Program-made: the position numbers and the translations under genes
In this document: positions 60,779 to 64,000 of the stretch, one piece after another
Layout of the letters: each line of letters opens with the position of its first letter
Position numbering within the stretch: the stretch's first letter is position 1
The notes under the pieces: model-generated
The model's input: only the letters and a program-made list of their open reading frames with translations
Databases searched by the model: none
Told to the model about the DNA's origin: nothing
Assembly: GCA_050294405.1 (NCBI GenBank)
Contig: JBNKOC010000030.1
Location: forward strand, 44,397 to 108,396
Reading direction: 5' to 3'
Source: Fibrobacteria bacterium
GTDB taxonomy: Bacteria > Fibrobacterota > Fibrobacteria > UBA11236 > JADFYW01
Length of the DNA stretch: 64,000 nt

Positions 60779-61180
60779 TCAGGGCTTTGGGTTTTGGATG
60801 CAAAAGATGCAATAATTCCATTGTAGCCAAGTTCCTTTAGAGTAGGTAGAAAATTGCGTTTTAGACTGGAATTTGATTTTCCAACTCGTTTCATCCAACC
60901 AGATGTTATCATCCATGAGCTGCCACCTGCCTCGTACTTCATCTACTAAAACCCCATTTTCCCAACGCTTGAGGGAAAAGTTTTGTTTGTCTAACTCCAA
61001 GGCCTGGCTTTGCGATGTTTGGCCGGAATTGAGGTAAATACCCATTTGTATCTCCCCAGGATTTTCCCCAAAATTTGAACGCTGGCCGGGAGCAGCTGCA
61101 GGGCTTTGGCTAAAATCACATCCCATAAATATTAGGAGTATTAACCCTCTAATGAACCAGGATTTTTCTAAAAACTTCAT
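60779..61180 (-). CDS. Hypothetical lipoprotein
   Basis: Lipobox FMGC; 133 aa. Confidence 0.5.
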   Translation of the reverse strand: MKFLEKSWFIRGLILLIFMGCDFSQSPAAAPGQRSNFGENPGEIQMGIYLNSGQTSQSQALELDKQNFSLKRWENGVLVDEVRGRWQLMDDNIWLDETSWKIKFQSKTQFSTYSKGTWLQWNYCIFCIQNPKP

Positions 61181-61397
61181 GGCCTCAAATTTAGAAAGCA
61201 GCTGTGCTGCTTTAAACTTAAGTCTGTTTTTGGGTTAAAATGGTATATTTAATTCATAATTAGAATTTTTTAATCAATGTAAGCGCTTAAATTGGAAAGC
61301 TTATGAAAATCGCCCTGCTAAAAACATATCCTGGCAGTATACTAATAATAAAGAATTTTTATTTGCCGGGAAATAAGCTTCTGGCAACAGATAGCTT

Positions 61398-61431
61398 AAA
61401 AAGGCCCAAATCTCTAAGGATTTGGGCCTTT
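61398..61431. terminator. Strong hairpin terminator between divergent genes
   Basis: aaaggcccaaatc-tctaag-gatttgggccttt, a 13-bp perfect stem with A/T flanks. Confidence 0.75.
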
Positions 61432-61548
61432 ATCCTTTTGGGCTCTAAAACTTGCTTTCCCATTGATATTTAATAAAAACAACTGTACCATAATTAATGG
61501 GTAGGATGGGGATTCGTTTCGGATTTCATTTTGAAGGAGGAAGTTGAA

Positions 61549-61752
61549 ATGTTTGAAGAGCAGTTAAAGCAATTGGCCAAAGAGAAGCAAAAAAAAGAGG
61601 CTTATTTTGGCTTATCGTACAAAAACCTGAAAAAAGAAGTTCAGGCCGAAATGCTTAAAAATGGAGTCGAATCTTTGGGGAAAAAATGGGTGCCCAGCAA
61701 TACCTCTCAACCGAAAAAAATGGGCATGGTAAACCGCTATATAAAGCGCTAA
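61549..61752 (+). CDS. Small basic hypothetical protein (67 aa)
   Basis: RBS GAAGGAGG 8 nt before ATG 61549; MFEEQLKQLAKEK... Confidence 0.55.
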   Translation: MFEEQLKQLAKEKQKKEAYFGLSYKNLKKEVQAEMLKNGVESLGKKWVPSNTSQPKKMGMVNRYIKR

Positions 61753-61759
61753 TTAAAAT

Positions 61760-62890
61760 TTATGCCTCTGGGACTAGCTGGAAAGCTTCTCGACCCAGAG
61801 AATTCCCATTGGCAAAAATTTCAACTTCGTGTTTTCCCGGGTAAAAAGGTCGGATACCAATTTTTTTAAAACTGTGATTTTTATTCCAAATTAATTCCTC
61901 GTTAGCCAACATCTTTTTCTGAACCCCCTTAAAAACTTTTGGGGAAAGTTTTCCATTAGCCTTCATGTAATGTATAGCGTAGTCCAACATAACATTTGCC
62001 TTTTTGCCATCCATATTTTTTATGCTAAGGGTTATGGGTAACTGGCCCCCGATTTTTATTTTCCTCTTAGAAAGCCGGAACTGAACTAATTCAAGTTTTG
62101 CATTTGGAGAATAGCCTAAAAGCTCCAGGGCCGAGGGCTCACCCTTTTTCAGCAAACCTCTTAGGCTGTGTTTTATAAGCCAGTCCATTTCCTTGGATTT
62201 TTCTTTTTGCCATTCTTTGAGCAAGGCTACCACCTTTTTGGGATGATCTTTGGAAATATCATTGAGGTTATTGGCAACGCTTCGCCTAACCATTAAATTC
62301 GAATCATTTTTTAACGATTCTAACAGTTTAAAAACCGGAGTTGGGTCTTTTTGAAACTCCGGGAGTCTGGGGGCAAGGGGTAGCCGTGGGCGGGTGCCCT
62401 CTGAGGCCAAACGGCGGGCAAAGGGGCTTTTGTCTTGGGTGAGTTTTGCTAAAAACTCAAGGGTTGTTTTTTGGTGCTTGATTAAAAAGGGCCTGATATC
62501 TCCCTCTGCAGTAAAGCGCTTGGTCATTTCGTATAATGCTTTCAGGGATTCTTTAGGATGGCCTAAACCATTTTGACTAATAAAAAGGCAAAGTGGCATT
62601 ATGTAAAAACCCTCCCAGCCTTTAAGCTCTTCCTCTTTCGGCCAGGGTTCAGGTCCAAGAGATTGAACAAGTATTTCAGCTGCTTTTGGAAAGGAGTCGG
62701 GCAAATGCTTTTTTAAATTTTCTGATATTAGTTTTGCCCTGTCTAAAAAAGCCAATTCGGTTAAAGTTTTATTTATTTCCCTGCAAAACTTTTCCCGGGG
62801 AAACTGAGGATAAGCTTTGCTAATTCCCAGAGCAATTTTTTTTACGGTATGGGAGTTAAAGACGTCCCTGAATTGAAATCCTTCTTCCAA
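61760..62890 (-). CDS. DNA alkylation repair protein (AlkD/AlkC-like HEAT repeat)
   Basis: TKRFTAEGDIRPF, RRLASEGTRPRLP, VRRSVANNLNDISKDHP, C-terminal DYAIHY.KANG...PKVFK. Confidence 0.85.
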   Translation of the reverse strand: MEEGFQFRDVFNSHTVKKIALGISKAYPQFPREKFCREINKTLTELAFLDRAKLISENLKKHLPDSFPKAAEILVQSLGPEPWPKEEELKGWEGFYIMPLCLFISQNGLGHPKESLKALYEMTKRFTAEGDIRPFLIKHQKTTLEFLAKLTQDKSPFARRLASEGTRPRLPLAPRLPEFQKDPTPVFKLLESLKNDSNLMVRRSVANNLNDISKDHPKKVVALLKEWQKEKSKEMDWLIKHSLRGLLKKGEPSALELLGYSPNAKLELVQFRLSKRKIKIGGQLPITLSIKNMDGKKANVMLDYAIHYMKANGKLSPKVFKGVQKKMLANEELIWNKNHSFKKIGIRPFYPGKHEVEIFANGNSLGREAFQLVPEA

Positions 62891-62926
62891 AATTACTTTC
62901 CTGTTAAATATCTGTTGGTATTATGT

Positions 62927-63802
62927 TTATGCCACATCTTTCATCCATTGAATACATTTTTCCATTTCAAATTTCATTTGCTCGTTGCTGTACTGGGCTC
63001 GTCTTCCATGGCCAGGTAAAATGTATTGGAATTCAAACTGCAATAGTTTTTCCATGGATTCTATGGTTTTCTCCCAATTGTACCAGTTTGCGCTTCTAAA
63101 GGCGTATAAATGTTCAAGCCTTCGGGACCAAGCCAAATGGTCGCCGCTGAATAAAAATTTATCCCGGTACAGATAAACAACATGGCCTTTGGTGTGACCT
63201 GGCACAGGAATAACCTTTAAGTCTTCGGTAAAATCTAACGCTTCGTATCCTTCAAATAATTCAAATGGAGAGCCCAAACTTTTCCGGTAATCTTTTTCAT
63301 GAATGTAACGCTCACAATTAAATTCCCGGTAAAATTTTTCGTGGTCAGCCACATCGTCAATGTGGGTTAGCAAAAGTTTGGTAACCCCGCCCATTTGATG
63401 GAGGTTTTTTATTAAGGGCGCGGAAAAACGGGGAACATCAATTAGAATGTTCACATTGGCCGTTTTGATAAAATAACTTGTGGCCCCAAATGACTTTTCG
63501 GAATGGTAGCCACAATCATATACATTGTCCCAAAGTAAAAGGGGAAAGGCTTTGCTTTCCTCTTTTAGGGGAAGAGTAGGTGATGTTAGCCCAATACTTG
63601 CAGTGGGGCAGGCTAAAAGGGCTCTGGCGGCGTCTTTTTTTTCAGCTTGGCTATATGGTTGTTTGGTTACCACAGATTGGCCGCGGCTTCTGCCAAAAAT
63701 TTGCGGGGCTCGCCAACGACAGCAATCACAATCAATGCAACTGTCATCCACAAACAAACTGCCGGGCTTATTATCTGGATGAGATTTAGAAAGTAGGGCC
63801 AT
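62927..63802 (-). CDS. MBL-fold metallo-hydrolase with N-terminal ferredoxin domain
   Basis: CIDCDCC...ACPTASIG; LTHIDDVADH, PGHTKGH, FSGDH, LPGHG. Start placed at ATG 63802. Confidence 0.88.
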   Translation of the reverse strand: MALLSKSHPDNKPGSLFVDDSCIDCDCCRWRAPQIFGRSRGQSVVTKQPYSQAEKKDAARALLACPTASIGLTSPTLPLKEESKAFPLLLWDNVYDCGYHSEKSFGATSYFIKTANVNILIDVPRFSAPLIKNLHQMGGVTKLLLTHIDDVADHEKFYREFNCERYIHEKDYRKSLGSPFELFEGYEALDFTEDLKVIPVPGHTKGHVVYLYRDKFLFSGDHLAWSRRLEHLYAFRSANWYNWEKTIESMEKLLQFEFQYILPGHGRRAQYSNEQMKFEMEKCIQWMKDVA

Positions 63803-64000
63803 GTTCTTTAAAATTAGGAAAATCTGTAAGCTCCGTATCAATCCTTTTTATACGGGCATAAAAAACTCAAAAAACTCTAAATCGGGGTTAATGAATTAAA
63901 TTAATTATTTAAAACTAATTAATATTTCTAATTTTTCTTTCAAAAATGGATTTAAAGGTTTTAATGAACTAAATTAAAAATCTAAATTAAAAATAAATGT

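Noticed and set aside
1..64000. CRISPR arrays, tRNA/rRNA genes, transposases, integrases, prophage or defence systems, and the many antisense ORFs in the track
   Set aside because: No regularly spaced repeats, cloverleaf or rRNA signatures, or recombinase motifs were seen. The antisense ORFs are shadows of well-supported genes.

Overview
AT-rich bacterial chromosome segment, most consistent with a Fibrobacterota organism. That assignment is inferred from a FISUMP (Fib_succ_major) domain protein, CTD-like secretion tails, a GH5 cellulase and a family of outer-membrane proteins. From left to right: (1) a cobalamin riboswitch and NrdR-like boxes ahead of a class Ia ribonucleotide reductase (nrdB-nrdA), then hemerythrin, a FapA/DUF342 gene with two response regulators, and dps. 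(2) A surface/envelope block: FISUMP protein, lipoprotein cytochrome c, a di-heme cytochrome-beta-barrel fusion, subtilisin and an orphan secretin. (3) A housekeeping core: tatD, miaA, leuA with a four-Leu leader-peptide attenuator, trmFO, purH, purC, a TrmH-family gene, an M16 pair, an XPB-like helicase and leuS. (4) A probable glycan locus lacking SusC/D: two ThuA-like secreted paralogs, three tandem paralogous beta-barrel proteins, an MCP, a PAS-AraC regulator and a GH5. (5) A sigma54-promoter gene, MATE, an AlkD-like protein and an MBL hydrolase. Several structured intergenic RNA candidates are present. No rRNA, tRNA, CRISPR array or transposase was seen. All family calls come from motif recognition by eye, not from database searches.
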